Positions 1 to 11,440 are shown, numbered from the stretch's first letter. The stretch: DNA of 64,000 bases from Chamaesiphon sp. (GCA_965246715.1 CBDFFH010000034.1:1-64000); one strand, 5' to 3'. Made by a program: numbers and translations. Notes: a model not told the origin generated them from the sequence alone.

Positions 1-587
1 TACCAGTCAGACTAGTACCAACGATCGCTTCCCCGGTTTACCTCGGCTCAATGGCACAGCGAAGGTATTGATGACTGTCCAAAGGTAATAAACAGATCGA
101 GATCGAAGTAGATGGTAACAATGCCCCAATTACGGCAGGAAATTTTATCGATCTGGTACAGCGCAAATTTTATGATGGCTTGACATTTCATCGGGTCGTG
201 AAAAACCCTCCATTCGTCGTTCAAGGTGGCGACCCTAATGGTGATGGTACTGGGGGCTATATTCCTGCCGGATCGAGTTCCGAGCGCCGAATTCCGCTAG
301 AAATCAAGCCCAGTGGCAACTCGTCGCAGATCGTCTATAGTCAGAAGATTAGCGATACACCCATATTGCAACACAAGCGCGGTGCGATCGCGATGGCCAG
401 ATCCGGAGCACCTGATTCTGCTTCTTCGCAATTTTATTTTCTCTTAACAGATGTTCCCTACCTCGATGGGAGCTATGCCGTGTTTGGCAAAATTACCAAA
501 GGCTTGGATATCATCGATACGATCTCCAACGGAGATAAAATAATTTCTGCTAAAGTGACTCAAGGAATTGAGAATCTCAAGAAATAG
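1..587 (+). CDS. Cyclophilin-type peptidyl-prolyl cis-trans isomerase (5'-partial; apparent +1 frameshift near 80)
   Basis: Motifs [35 protein letters not shown]. The upstream [14 protein letters not shown] segment is in another frame (gtcc aaa). Confidence 0.9.
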
Positions 588-666
588 TTGATTAGTGAAT
601 CGTGGATCGTGGATAGTGGATAGCGAACGGCTGTTTGCTATTCATTTTATACCATTGTCGATCGAA

Positions 667-1810
667 ATGCGAATTGTGGTTACTGGGATTGGGTTTAGAT
701 CCGCATTAGGAGATCTGACGCATACTTGGCAAAGTTTGCTTTTAGGAAAGTCCGCGACTGGGTTAGTTAAACCTTTTGCTGATTTGCCATTTTTGCCGTT
801 GGCGACGATCGCTAAACAGCCCCAAAATGTTCTCGATCTCACTCGGCTCGTTGTCGCTGAGGCTGTGAAAGATGCGGGTTTGAGTTTGCCATTACCCGAT
901 TGTGGTGCGATCGTCGGTTCGAGTCGATCCTGTCAAGCTCAGTGGGAAAAATTAGCAGCACATCCCTCTCGACAGCCCGATCTGACGGGTTGGTTAGATA
1001 CGTTACCGCACAATCCAGCGATCGCTACCGCTCGATATATTGGCGCTCAGTCGGCTGTATTAGCGCCGATGGCAGCTTGTGCGACGGGAATCTGGTCGAT
1101 TGCCCAAGCGGTGAGTTTAATGCGTTCTGGAGCCTGCAACCGGGCGATCGCCGGAGCAGTAGAAGCACCGATTACACCGTTGACGATCGCGGGTTTTATC
1201 CAAATGGGTGCGTTAGCGACAACCGGCTGTTATCCATTCGATCGATTGCGTGAGGGATTAGTCTTAGGCGAAGCGGGAGCCGTATTCATCTTGGAAACAG
1301 CCGAATTAGCTCAGGCACGCGGTGCCGATATTTATGGCGAAATCTTGGATTTTGGTTTGACTAGCGATGCTTACCATCAGTGCGCGATGGATATGGAGGG
1401 CAAGGCAGCACGTCAAGCAATTTCGGATTGTCTCGATCGGAGCTGGCTCAGTCCCACCGACATCGATTATATTCACGCGCATGGTACGGGAACACAGCTT
1501 AACGATCGACGCGAAAGTCAATTAATTCAGCAAATTTTCCCCAATGGTGTGGCGATTAGTTCGACCAAGGGAGCCACTGGGCATACATTAGGGGCATCCG
1601 GAGCAGTGGGGATTGCGTTGTGTTTGCGATCGATCGCGACTCAGATTTTACCGCCATGTGTGGGGTTTACAAATGCGGAATTCGATCTCGATGTAGTAAC
1701 TAGTGCCCGTCATGCAAATGTGAATAATTTGCTGTGTTTGAGTTTTGGATTTGGGGGGGCAAAATGCCGCGATCGGGATTAGGAAGTTCGTGAGAGAACC
1801 TAATGATTAG
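667..1810 (+). CDS. Beta-ketoacyl-ACP synthase (FabF-like); apparent +1 frameshift in G7 run at 1753-1759
   Basis: MRIVVTGIG start, ACATG active-site Cys, HAHGTGT, STKGATGH. Removing one G restores the conserved SFGFGGQNA end, with stop at 1808-1810. Confidence 0.88.
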
Positions 1811-1969
1811 GCTATTTCCGCTGTTCTCAATGTGCATAAAAATGGTGGGTGACAGACCAGCCAAACCCATCAAAACAGCACCTATTTTAGGTGTGTAGAT
1901 ACAAAAAATCGACTGTTAAGAAATGTTTTGTTTCCTAAAAGCCTTGCCAACAGTATGTTTTCAACCCGA

Positions 1970-2042
1970 TGGAGCTATGCGGTCTCGAACCGCAGACCCC
2001 TACCATGCCATGGTAGTGCTCTACCAACTGAGCTATAACCCC
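1970..2042 (-). tRNA. tRNA-Ala(GGC)
   Basis: GGGGTTATAGCTCAGTTGGTAGAGCACTACCATGGCATGGTAGGGGTCTGCGGTTCGAGACCGCATAGCTCCA folds as a cloverleaf with anticodon GGC and a G3:U70 pair. Confidence 0.96.
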
Positions 2043-2204
2043 TTAATACCTCTAAATCTACTAGATTGAGTTCCCTGTTGTCAAGGTCTCACCTTTTCCC
2101 GATAAAGTCCGATCGTCATTCGCACAAACGGACGACGATCGGATAGCTGCGGAGGCAGGTTTTGGTTATCTCGCTGTGATATTAATCCCCTAGCTTCTGA
2201 CCGA

Positions 2205-3958
2205 TTAAGCAGGGAAAATCCGCAATCTACGGTTGGGTTCTTCGCCGAAACTTGCCGACTTGAGATGATAATGTTCGATCAGTTCGTGTTGCATCTTCCG
2301 AACGGTGCTCGATCGCGGCAACAATTCCACGGGTTGATGTTTGGGAATAACGATTTGCTCGACCGCTAGCCGGGCTTCTTCCAAAGCTTCGACCTCATCT
2401 TCACTACCATCTTGCGTAAACAACCGAAAATCTGCTTCTTCGGGAATACCCGGATCGTCCATGTGCAACATCCGGCGCAGTGTCCGCGTGATTTGGGGAA
2501 TCGTGCCCGATTTGACACTATAGATTGGTACTTGACGCACCTTACTAATCTGGCGCAATTTGGCATGATTTTTGATGTGCGTCCGCAGGGCTAAAACCGC
2601 ATCCGCACTACCCATATCCTTGGTGAGAATTACGGGTAGATTCAACACCTCGATTACCTGCTCCAACTGGTCGCGACCGATGCCATAAGGATAGACATGG
2701 AGTGGTAAATCTTCACCGTTTGCTCCCCGAACTGCCCCGTCGTACATCATTGCCTCGTCGCTATCCCAGTTTTGGTCTAGAAGTTGCGAAAAGCCCAAAT
2801 CTGCTTCGAGGGTAGCTTGAGAGGCATTGGTTGCCAAGGTTTGGGGCATTGGTTCCATGCGACCGCTCGATCGCCAGCCACGGGTCGATTGGGGCGCATT
2901 CGGTGCAGGCATCAGGCCATTTTTCGCAGCTTCGGGCAGTTCGCGGACGATCGAGACTTTCCCTTCATTATCGACCGTTCGCACTTGGGGCGTAGGTGTG
3001 CGACCGCGCAACAGCAGATCGACCATATCGGCGACATCATCGTGAACTACCCAGCGATGACGTTCCTGCATTTCGACCGCAACTTCAAACGTGGGGGGCG
3101 CTTTGCGTTCGAGGACGGTTTTTTGAGAGGCGCGTCGTCGTGCTTCGTCATCGCCGAGCGTAACCGCTTGAATCCCACCGATTAAGTCGGAGAGAGTGGG
3201 GTTTTTGAGCAGGTTTTCGAGTTTGTTGCCGTGAGCGGTGCCGACTAATTGTACGCCGCGTTCGGCGATCGTCCGTGCGGCGATCGCTTCTAGTTCTGTC
3301 CCAATTTCATCGATAACGATGACTTCGGGCATGTGGTTCTCCACTGCTTCGATCATCACCTGATGTTGTAATTCGGGACGAGCGACTTGCATCCGTCGCG
3401 CCTTGCCAATGGCAGGGTGGGGAATATCGCCATCGCCAGCAATCTCATTACTGGTATCGATAATCACGACCCGCTTACCGAGATCGTCGGCTAACACCCG
3501 CGCGATTTCCCGCAGTGCGGTAGTTTTACCGACCCCCGGACGACCCAACATCAGGATGGATTTCCCAGTTTCTACGAGGTCGCGAATCATATTAATCGTG
3601 CCGTAGACGCGCGCCCAACGCGACAAGTCAAACCGATAATTTCGCCCGTCCGATTTCGCATACAGCTAATCCGGTGCAGCGTCCGTTCGATTCCCGCCCG
3701 ATTATCGCCACTAAAGATCCCCACTCGATCGGTACAATATTGGAGTTCTGCCTTGGTAATCGCGACATCGCTGAGGTATTCTGCCCCATCGGGAAATCTC
3801 GCTTCGGGAAAACGCCCCAAATCCATCACCACTTCAATTAAAGTACTGAGTTTAGGATGTGCTTCCAACGCGATCCGAATCGATTCCGGTAACACCGCCA
3901 ATAATTGGCTCAGGTCATCGGTGATTTGCATTCTACCCAAACTTAAATTTTCGTCCAT
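2205..3958 (-). CDS. Ycf45-like AAA ATPase with C-terminal R3H domain (split by a -1 frameshift near 3608)
   Basis: ORFs 3587-3958 and 2205-3626 join as TCRVGRA/VYGTI. Walker A GRPGVGKT, VIVIDEIG, R3H-type RKMQHEL. Confidence 0.88.
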
Positions 3959-4060
3959 TACGGGTTGTGATTGGTTATTAGTTATTTAGTTGTGTGGTTG
4001 ATCCCCTCAATAAATTTCCCGCGAGGGAGGGTCAGGGGTAGGTTGTCTTGGCGTTCGGAA

Positions 4061-5170
4061 CTAGAGTTTTGACATTTGTTCGGGTTGAGGGGTTTTTAAC
4101 TGGCCGACTAATTCATGAGCGATCGCCACAGCAGACCATAATAATTCTGGGTGTGATTCTAATTTATTGGGGTTGGTAGTGGCGGTATCCAATCGATCGA
4201 GTAATGGCGATAATAAGACGCGAGCATAGCTACCATAAGCAACGCCATGAACGTGTTTAGCTGTACTGGTAGCAGTAGGTAAAAGTCCGCGTTCCCTGAG
4301 TTTGGGCACGGTGTAATGGTTGGTACCACCAGCAAGTTGCACGTAACCGGGTAGCCCCGCTGCTAAGACTTTTTCGCCTAATTTAATCGCGGCATGAGTC
4401 GTCCCCACGCCGATATCGCCACTCATCGATCTCCCATCGGTTTGCCAGATGAGGGAAAATGGCAAGGGATCGAGTGAATAAGTAGCTGCAATGGTAGCGT
4501 GGAGCGATCGCAAGTAAGGGATTAATTCATTACTATCGGGACAACTGATCGCTAGCAGTTTGAGGTTATTTGCGACAGGTGCCAAAATCTGCCATAACCG
4601 CTGAAATTCCGCTAGATGTCCTGGTTGGGTATGGATTTCGATCGCATCGATCCTACCCGCTATGAGATCGGGGATGATACTCTCGGGCGTTGCCGTCCGA
4701 TCGGCGGTCGTAATCAGTCCCAATGGACAAATCGGCACACATCGACCACAACCATAGCAACGACTTTCGATGACACCCGCTTGGACATCAGTGAAAACGA
4801 TCGCTTCAGCCGGACAAATTCGTTCGCACGGACGCGGACAATCTGGCGGACATCGAGTCGGGTCGAATTCTGCTTTGCGAAAATGGGGGTCGATGCCGTC
4901 ATTTAAGCTCACCATTAACCAGGGCATACCCATCATTATTGGATAACCGCGATCTTTTGCAGCTTGGGCTAATTTATGGGCGACATTAATTCCCTCTCTA
5001 GCTGCGGCAATTACTGCTAAATCGGCAGCGATATCGATACAATCTGCCCCTGCCAATGTATAGGCAATCGTGAGGTTGCGAATAGCTGGCAAATGTCCAA
5101 AACTAGCGCCACAGATGAGTTTAAACCACGTACTCCTATTTAACGAATTCAAGGCTGGGGAGTATAACAC
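4061..5170 (-). CDS. ldpA: Circadian input Fe-S protein LdpA
   Basis: WFKLICGAS N-terminus, DPHFRKAEF, two 4Fe-4S Cys clusters, WQTDGRSMSGDIG, QLAGGTN. Confidence 0.93.
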   Translation of the reverse strand: MLYSPALNSLNRSTWFKLICGASFGHLPAIRNLTIAYTLAGADCIDIAADLAVIAAAREGINVAHKLAQAAKDRGYPIMMGMPWLMVSLNDGIDPHFRKAEFDPTRCPPDCPRPCERICPAEAIVFTDVQAGVIESRCYGCGRCVPICPLGLITTADRTATPESIIPDLIAGRIDAIEIHTQPGHLAEFQRLWQILAPVANNLKLLAISCPDSNELIPYLRSLHATIAATYSLDPLPFSLIWQTDGRSMSGDIGVGTTHAAIKLGEKVLAAGLPGYVQLAGGTNHYTVPKLRERGLLPTATSTAKHVHGVAYGSYARVLLSPLLDRLDTATTNPNKLESHPELLWSAVAIAHELVGQLKTPQPEQMSKL

Positions 5171-5548
5171 CGATCCTGATATAAATTTTTGCGGACACCA
5201 TTGTGGGTGAAAATATGTTAAGTATGCTGAGTAAAAACATTCATGGCAGTTATCCTCTTTACCCTAAGTTAGTCCGAGTCCAATGTATGAATTATATCTA
5301 GAATCGCTCCTTGCTGGCTAGTGAAGATCGAATGTGTTAACTTTTGAGGATGTTATGAAAGTTACCAGCAATTGCACTGTGGTTGAGAGTAACACCAGTC
5401 ATGGCATAGACTTCACCATCGACATATTCGTGACGAAATTCTTGCTGCTGTTCCCACGCGAGATATTCAGTAGGGGTAAATCTCGGAAAATGCTCTTTTA
5501 AGGCGACCATGTGGCAAGAACCTGTTTTTCAAAGACAATATTATTTGC

Positions 5549-5842
5549 CTATTTTCGATCGCTGTGCGCTTGGTAATCTCGACAATCGATCGCGTGTTCT
5601 GAGTTGGCGATCTGCGGATGTACCGTGCATTTTAGCCGATGATCGTTAGTGAAAAACTCACAATTGGCGCAAGGAATTTGATGCATTTTTTTGGCTCTGG
5701 CAACTGTAGCGCGGACGCTCTCCCAAATATTCCACACTACTAACACCGTCAACAACCACGCACATCCAAAACAGATCGGGATGAGCAATGGTTTGATGGT
5801 GTGGATTACAACTGCTAGTAATTGCCAGATTGTCATAAGCAA
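5549..5842 (-). CDS. Conserved cyanobacterial small membrane protein with Cys-rich C-terminus
   Basis: TM segment followed by HQIPCANCEFFT..LKCTVHP..A..C.DY. Confidence 0.7.
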   Translation of the reverse strand: MLMTIWQLLAVVIHTIKPLLIPICFGCAWLLTVLVVWNIWESVRATVARAKKMHQIPCANCEFFTNDHRLKCTVHPQIANSEHAIDCRDYQAHSDRK

Positions 5843-5901
5843 TCGCTCTCGATCGATGATGTGTCGATCTTAGATCGAATCGCTCATCCTAGCCACTACG
5901 G

Positions 5902-6366
5902 CTAGAACGGAATTTCATCTGTATCGGCATCATTAAATACTGGTGGCGCTTCGACCTTCACAGCAGTGGCTGGTTTGGAGGCTGGTGCGGCACTACTGCG
6001 TGGAGCAGCACTGGATGGGCCAGAACTGGTTGTGGCTGTAGTCGCGGGAGTATCTAACGTATTGATATGATACAAGCGGCTAGCGACTAATCGAGCGCGT
6101 TTTTCTTTATAACCATCACGTTCGATCGTGTTCATCTCGATCCGACCCTCGATCGTCACGCGATCGCCTTGCTTATAATTTTCCTTCATTTCTGTTGCCA
6201 AATTGCCCCAGCCCACAACTTCGATCGTCGGATGCTGGTCGTCAGGACGGCTGCCCAATGGCGGTGCAAACTGAACGAACATATCGGCTACAGCCATTTG
6301 GTTGTCAGCGGTGTAGCGCAATTCGGGATTTTTGATAATCTCCGCCATTAAAATGCAACTATTCAT
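5902..6366 (-). CDS. ssb: Single-stranded DNA-binding protein
   Basis: MNSCILMAEI..PELRYT OB-fold start, acidic DEIPF tail. Start trimmed to the ATG at 6366. Confidence 0.92.
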   Translation of the reverse strand: MNSCILMAEIIKNPELRYTADNQMAVADMFVQFAPPLGSRPDDQHPTIEVVGWGNLATEMKENYKQGDRVTIEGRIEMNTIERDGYKEKRARLVASRLYHINTLDTPATTATTSSGPSSAAPRSSAAPASKPATAVKVEAPPVFNDADTDEIPF

Positions 6367-6795
6367 GATTAGGTAACGAGCTAAGGATGAGGGACAAGCG
6401 ATATCCGCTGATTGGCTCCTTTCTTGTGGTTGCACCAAGCAACACGACAAGGCAAAGACTTGAAGCGACAATTACATTTTAGTATAGAAATACTGGTTTG
6501 CAACTAAAGCCAGCTCTGCCATAGGCAGAAATCTATTTTAGCATCCTCATTACACGCTCTGGGTTCTTTTCGATTCTTTGGGCAAATATGCTCTTGTGTC
6601 TCTCTCTGTGCGCGAACATTCTACTGCTGGCTCACTGGGATGGGGGAGCGGTCTGAGCTAAAATAGAGAACGTCACAGGAATTTTGTTAAAATATAATCT
6701 CCCACGCAAAATAAATAATACGGCATCCATTCGGATATCGAGGCTGGTTAGAGATCGCTTCACTATAAATTTGCCAATTCTTACTCTCCTCATCG

Positions 6796-7485
6796 ATGAT
6801 AGACACACCGATCGATCTCCCCGTCAATGTTGCGCTGTCCACACCGATTCTGCTATTAGTCCTAGTCGCATTAGAAGCAGTACTATCCGCCGATAATGCG
6901 ATTGCGCTAGCATCAATTTCGCAAGGATTGGTAGATGAAAATCTTCGGCCGAAAGCACTAAATATTGGCTTGATTTTTGCTTATGTCCTGCGAATGACAT
7001 TGATCGTTGCCGCAACTTGGGTAGTCCGCTACTGGCAATTTCAGGTGCTAGGCGCTGTTTATTTATTATGGTTGGTGTTTAAGTACTTTACCGCAGCAAA
7101 GGATGAAGATGGCGAAAAACAACGCCCTCAATATACGTCTTTGTGGCAAGTGATTCCGATTATTGCCTTTACAGATTTGGCATTTTCACTAGATAGTGTA
7201 GCTACCGCGATCGCCGTATCGACTGACACTTGGTTGGTAATTTCTGGAGCGACAATTGGCATTATTCTACTGCGCTTTATGGCAGATTTATTCATTCGCT
7301 GGTTGGGCGAATACACGCATCTAGAAGATGCTGGTTATATTGCAGTGGGTTTGGTCGGAGTTAAATTATTAGTCCGCGCGATCTATCCCGATCTAGAGAT
7401 TCCAGAACAAGTTACGATCGCATTGGTGGCTATTATCTTTACTTGGGGATTTTCACAACGTAAGGAAGTAGTTGAAAAGGAGTAA
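6796..7485 (+). CDS. TerC family integral membrane protein
   Basis: LEAVLSADNA and DLAFSLDSV motifs. Confidence 0.9.
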   Translation: MIDTPIDLPVNVALSTPILLLVLVALEAVLSADNAIALASISQGLVDENLRPKALNIGLIFAYVLRMTLIVAATWVVRYWQFQVLGAVYLLWLVFKYFTAAKDEDGEKQRPQYTSLWQVIPIIAFTDLAFSLDSVATAIAVSTDTWLVISGATIGIILLRFMADLFIRWLGEYTHLEDAGYIAVGLVGVKLLVRAIYPDLEIPEQVTIALVAIIFTWGFSQRKEVVEKE

Positions 7486-7535
7486 ATAACCTAAGCGATT
7501 AGCAAGCGCTCCTCTAAGAACCCCTTTGAGATCTT

Positions 7536-7586
7536 CTGTCTTGTCGGTTTTTTATTCGGAGGTTCCCTCCGAATAAAACCGCCGCT
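7536..7586. repeat. About 50-bp CT-flanked hairpin mini-element, copy 1
   Basis: CT-gtcttgtcggttttttattcggaggttccctccgaataaaaccgccg-CT; near-identical to 25458-25508. Confidence 0.75.
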
Positions 7587-7636
7587 AGTGGTGAAGATAG
7601 GTTTGTTCGATATCGAACAGTAAGATCGATGTTGGC

Positions 7637-7656
7637 TAGCATAAACCCACCCCTAC
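7637..7656. repeat. GTAG-type REP-like repeat, inverted partner of the copy interrupted by IS110
   Basis: tagcataaacccacccctac matches 19/20 the reverse complement of the reconstituted gtaggggcgggtttatgcta. Confidence 0.8.
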
Positions 7657-7716
7657 AGATCCATAAATTCGCATGTCATATATTTTACAGACAAACCGTA
7701 GATACTGTCTTGAATG

Positions 7717-8688
7717 TCAAGGGGTGGCGAGCGAATAATTAGGGTCAAAGGGCTGTTGAGACTTTAAAATGCCAAAAGCCAAATGGACTAATTTACGCAT
7801 GATGGCACCAATCGCCTGCATTTTAGCCTTGCCACGATCGAGTAATCGTTCGCTGAAAGTTTTGAGCAGAGGATTATGACGCATCGAGACTACCGCAGGC
7901 ATATAAAGAGCTTTGCGGAGTCGAGAATTACCAGTACAAGACAACCGAGTTTTGCCATGAACGCTGGTGCCACTAGAGCGCTCAGATGGAGTTAAACCCG
8001 CATGGGCAGCTAATTGACGAGCATTCTGGTAATCTTCGATCCGACCGATTTCTGCCAACAAGACAGCCGCAGTCTGTGCGCCAATTCCAGGAATTGAGAC
8101 CAACAGATCTCGCTGTTGTTTTAACTGTGGATGTTTGTCGAAATGGTCGCTAATTAATTGTTTAATTAGGGCTTGCTGTTCCTGGAGATAGGTCAGATGA
8201 GATTGAGTGAGTTCAGCTACTTTGGTGGTGGCTGTTTCCAAGCGATTGTGTTCGGCTGTGACCATTTCCTGAAGAGAATCTAATCGCCGGACCAGGGCTT
8301 GTAGTTCTTTGATTTCAGGGGCTGTTGGTTTCCACAGTTCTGGTTTAATTGCTGCACAAAAACGGGCAATCAATGCTGCATCAACTGAATCAGTTTTCGT
8401 CCGTAATAGTTCGCCCTTGGCAAACCCTTGAATTCGGGCTGGATTGACGACACTAACGGCAAAGCTGGCTGAGTAGAGGAATTCGGCTAAAGCGTCTCCA
8501 TAGATGCTGGTCGCTTCCAGACAGGCGTGCATTTGGTCGATCCCTTTTTGTTTGAGCCACTGCTGCAAACTCTCAAACCCTTGCAGATCGTTGGTGAATT
8601 TTTTGGATTTTGTTCTCGTCTCTCCCATGATTAGTACTACATGAAAGTCTTTTTTGCTGATGTCTATCCCTAAAAAATTAACTGTCAT
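7717..8688 (-). CDS. IS110-family DEDD recombinase/transposase
   Basis: GIDISK, CLEATS, KTDSVDA (DEDD), SIPGIG, catalytic Ser in SSGTS. Confidence 0.96.
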   Translation of the reverse strand: MTVNFLGIDISKKDFHVVLIMGETRTKSKKFTNDLQGFESLQQWLKQKGIDQMHACLEATSIYGDALAEFLYSASFAVSVVNPARIQGFAKGELLRTKTDSVDAALIARFCAAIKPELWKPTAPEIKELQALVRRLDSLQEMVTAEHNRLETATTKVAELTQSHLTYLQEQQALIKQLISDHFDKHPQLKQQRDLLVSIPGIGAQTAAVLLAEIGRIEDYQNARQLAAHAGLTPSERSSGTSVHGKTRLSCTGNSRLRKALYMPAVVSMRHNPLLKTFSERLLDRGKAKMQAIGAIMRKLVHLAFGILKSQQPFDPNYSLATP

Positions 8689-8719
8689 TAACTGCTTACT
8701 CCACTCCTAACTATGCTCA

Positions 8720-8895
8720 AAGAACTTGACAGACTGTTTAACTAACCTTGTGATTGCAGGCTTTTCGGTAAATCGATTGCCTAAGATACTGTCCAGCTTT
8801 AGGTGTGTCTGTCATCAGTTGTGGGAGCTTATCTACGCAGCAGACTAACAATGTTGTCTAAGGGGCGGGCCAGCTTCACCGATTACTGATGTCCT
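8720..8895 (-). ncRNA. Bridge RNA core (target- and donor-binding loops); the 5' end probably extends toward ~9045
   Basis: Guides CCCGCCCCT (8861-8869), CGTAG (8833-8837), ACAGTATCT (8784-8792) and ACAAG (8747-8751) match target and donor in the expected order, within paired stems. Confidence 0.88.
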
Positions 8896-9054
8896 CACTC
8901 TCACTTTCTCGCATCTGGAGATCGCGCTCTGAAACTGTTATGGTTTCTTTACGCCGATCGATTTATTCCTCTGACTCACTTGGTTTGTGTCGATCTCTTT
9001 GAACTACGTTCGTTCTAAGCATTGTCTATATCGATCGATTACCTACCTCTCTTT

Positions 9055-9060
9055 AAGATA
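9055..9060 (-). promoter_or_regulatory. -10 box TATCTT of the circle-junction promoter (-35 TTGACA at 7715-7720)
   Basis: After circularisation the junction reads TTGACA-17 nt-TATCTT. Confidence 0.8.
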
Positions 9061-9296
9061 CAAGGGGCGGGTTTATGCTATAAATTTCCGCCTAGCACTA
9101 TCAAATCCCAACAAACCCGCCCATCCTCACTAATAATCTGTCGAAGCTTGCGCGCCGCTGAAGCGGCGGTCGATTCCTTCTAAAAAGATCTCAAATGGGT
9201 TTTATAACGTTAGCCTCGATTTGCGGGATAAAATGCCTTGGAAATAGAGGGTTTAGTCCTAAAATAAATCATCCTTAAATTCAGCAACCCCTTTAT

Positions 9297-11177
9297 TTAC
9301 TGTTGCTTCCCGCATTCAGGGCAGAACTTATGACTGACTGTGTGAATGGCTCCACAATTCCCACAATGAGTGGTGGCGGAGCTGCTAGCTGCTGGACGTT
9401 TGGGTTTGGCTAGCCCCATCATTTCCGCATTAGATTTACCACCAGGTACCATCGGATAACAATTTTCGTCGCGCTTGACTTCGGCATTGAGTAACACCGG
9501 GCCATCGTGGGCTAACATTGCTGCGATCGCATCGGGTAATTCTTCACGACTGTTGATGGTTATCCCCTTGATGCCATATGCCTGCGCTAACAGCATAAAA
9601 TCGGGCATGGAAGGTGCCATTTCCGAGGAAGAGTAGTTTTCCTTATAAAAGGCTTCTTGCCACTGTCTGACCATTCCTTGCCAGCCGTTATTGATCACGA
9701 CGATTTTGACATTCAGGTGGTACTGCTTCAGGGTACCGAGTTCTTGCAGATTCATCTGGAAACTGGCATCGCCGCTAATACAGATGACTCGTTCGTTGGG
9801 TAATGCCATTTGTACGCCCATCGCCGCTGGAACGCCAAACCCCATCGTCCCCAGTCCAGCACTCGAAATCCAGTGCCGAGGGAGGTTATTAAGGAATTGT
9901 GCCGACCACATTTGATGTTGACCGACATCGGTGGTGTAATAAGCATCAGGCGCTTGACGGCGACACTCAACGATGACTTCTTGCGGTGCGAGCAATCCTG
10001 CATAGCTGGGAGCAACCAGCGGATTGTCACTGCGCCAACCTTCGATCGTGTCTAGCCAAGGTCTAGTTTGGTCGTCTTTACCACCCAAGCCTAATTCCTG
10101 TACCCTTTGCAGGAGCTGGATTAGCACCTGTTTGACATCCCCCACGATCGGGACATCTGGCGTGCGATTTTTGCCGACTTCAGCGGGGTCGATATCAATG
10201 TGGATGACTTTGGCATCAGCCGCAAATTCATCTAATTTTCCGGTTACACGATCGTCGAATCTCGCGCCGACAGCGATCAACAGATCGCAATCGGTGACCG
10301 CCCAGTTTGCATAAGCAGTCCCGTGCATCCCTAACATTCCAACCGATAGCGGATGCAGTTCGTTAAAGGCACCTTTACCCATGAGGGTAGTAGTAACGGG
10401 GATTTGGAATAGTTCGGCTAATTGTAGGACTTCTTCATGTGCGCTCGCCGAAATCGCCCCACCGCCGACGTAAAGTAACGGCTGCCGACTCTTGGCAATT
10501 AATTGAACTGCTTGATTGATTTGGCGAGGATTGCCACGTACTGTCGGTTTGTAACCTGGTAACTTAACACTGCCAGGAGCGACGGGGGTATAATCGCACA
10601 GTTTTGCCCCGATATCTCTGGGTACGTCGATCAATACTGGCCCAGGACGACCGGAAGCGGCGATGTAGAAGGCTTCAGCGACGATGCGTGACATGTCGGC
10701 TGGATCGCGGACGACATAAGAATGTTTGACAATCGGTAGGGTGATCCCATAGATATCGGTTTCCTGAAACGCATCGGTGCCGATGTTATAACTGGGGACT
10801 TGTCCGGTAACGATTACCATCGGAATCGAGTCCATTTGAGCGGTGGCGATACCCGTGACGAGGTTTGTGGCTCCAGGCCCAGAAGTAGCAAAACACACGC
10901 CGACTCGACCCGTAGCGCGCGCGTAGCCATCGGCTGCATGTGCGGCACCTTGCTCGTGACGCACGAGGATATGCTTGATTTTACCAGCGGCTTCAAAGCG
11001 GTAAATCTCATCATAGATCGGTAAAATCGCTCCACCTGGATACCCGAAAATATGGTGGACACCGTGACGGTGCAAACTATCTAAGAGTGCGTATGCGCCT
11101 GTCTGTTGTTGAGCGACAGTGCTGACCATGGGTAATGGTTGAGTAGTTGCTACTTCAAGAACGCGTTGAAAGACCAC
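9297..11177 (-). CDS. ilvB: Acetolactate synthase large subunit with C-terminal zinc ribbon (start may be 11129)
   Basis: [32 protein letters not shown] ThDP motif; CGNCG..FCPECG tail. Confidence 0.95.
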   Translation of the reverse strand: MVFQRVLEVATTQPLPMVSTVAQQQTGAYALLDSLHRHGVHHIFGYPGGAILPIYDEIYRFEAAGKIKHILVRHEQGAAHAADGYARATGRVGVCFATSGPGATNLVTGIATAQMDSIPMVIVTGQVPSYNIGTDAFQETDIYGITLPIVKHSYVVRDPADMSRIVAEAFYIAASGRPGPVLIDVPRDIGAKLCDYTPVAPGSVKLPGYKPTVRGNPRQINQAVQLIAKSRQPLLYVGGGAISASAHEEVLQLAELFQIPVTTTLMGKGAFNELHPLSVGMLGMHGTAYANWAVTDCDLLIAVGARFDDRVTGKLDEFAADAKVIHIDIDPAEVGKNRTPDVPIVGDVKQVLIQLLQRVQELGLGGKDDQTRPWLDTIEGWRSDNPLVAPSYAGLLAPQEVIVECRRQAPDAYYTTDVGQHQMWSAQFLNNLPRHWISSAGLGTMGFGVPAAMGVQMALPNERVICISGDASFQMNLQELGTLKQYHLNVKIVVINNGWQGMVRQWQEAFYKENYSSSEMAPSMPDFMLLAQAYGIKGITINSREELPDAIAAMLAHDGPVLLNAEVKRDENCYPMVPGGKSNAEMMGLAKPKRPAASSSATTHCGNCGAIHTVSHKFCPECGKQQ

Positions 11178-11440
11178 AAATAAACCTCGCGAGTTGGGAG
11201 TTGAAATTAGATATTTTAGTTACTAGACCGATATTCGAGCCGAGCGGACTAAAACTACTGACAAATTTGGTGGATGAAAGATACTGCCGAAGATTTAGTA
11301 ATTTTTAATTATCACCGATCGGCGTTCGGCAAGCAGCGATCGATATATTTATTTGAATTTGGAGCAACAACCACTCACGCTAGACATGGCTGACATAGTT
11401 TAGTCTCGACACAGATACTAAGCTAAATCACGATCGACGA

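Larger units (their letters stand above)
7702..9064 (-). mobile_element. IS110-family (IS621-like) insertion sequence, complete
   Basis: CT core duplicated (AG on + at 7700-7701 and 9063-9064). Removal restores REP ccgtaggggcgggtttatgcta. Circle junction is ACAGTAT-CT-TGTAT. Confidence 0.93.

Noticed and set aside
1970..2042. tRNA-Ala as an integration site for an island
   Set aside because: No integrase and no duplicated tRNA 3' end seen in the window.
6480..6795. Possible yybP-ykoY (Mn2+) riboswitch upstream of the TerC gene
   Set aside because: I could not find the conserved riboswitch motifs; an Rfam scan would be needed.
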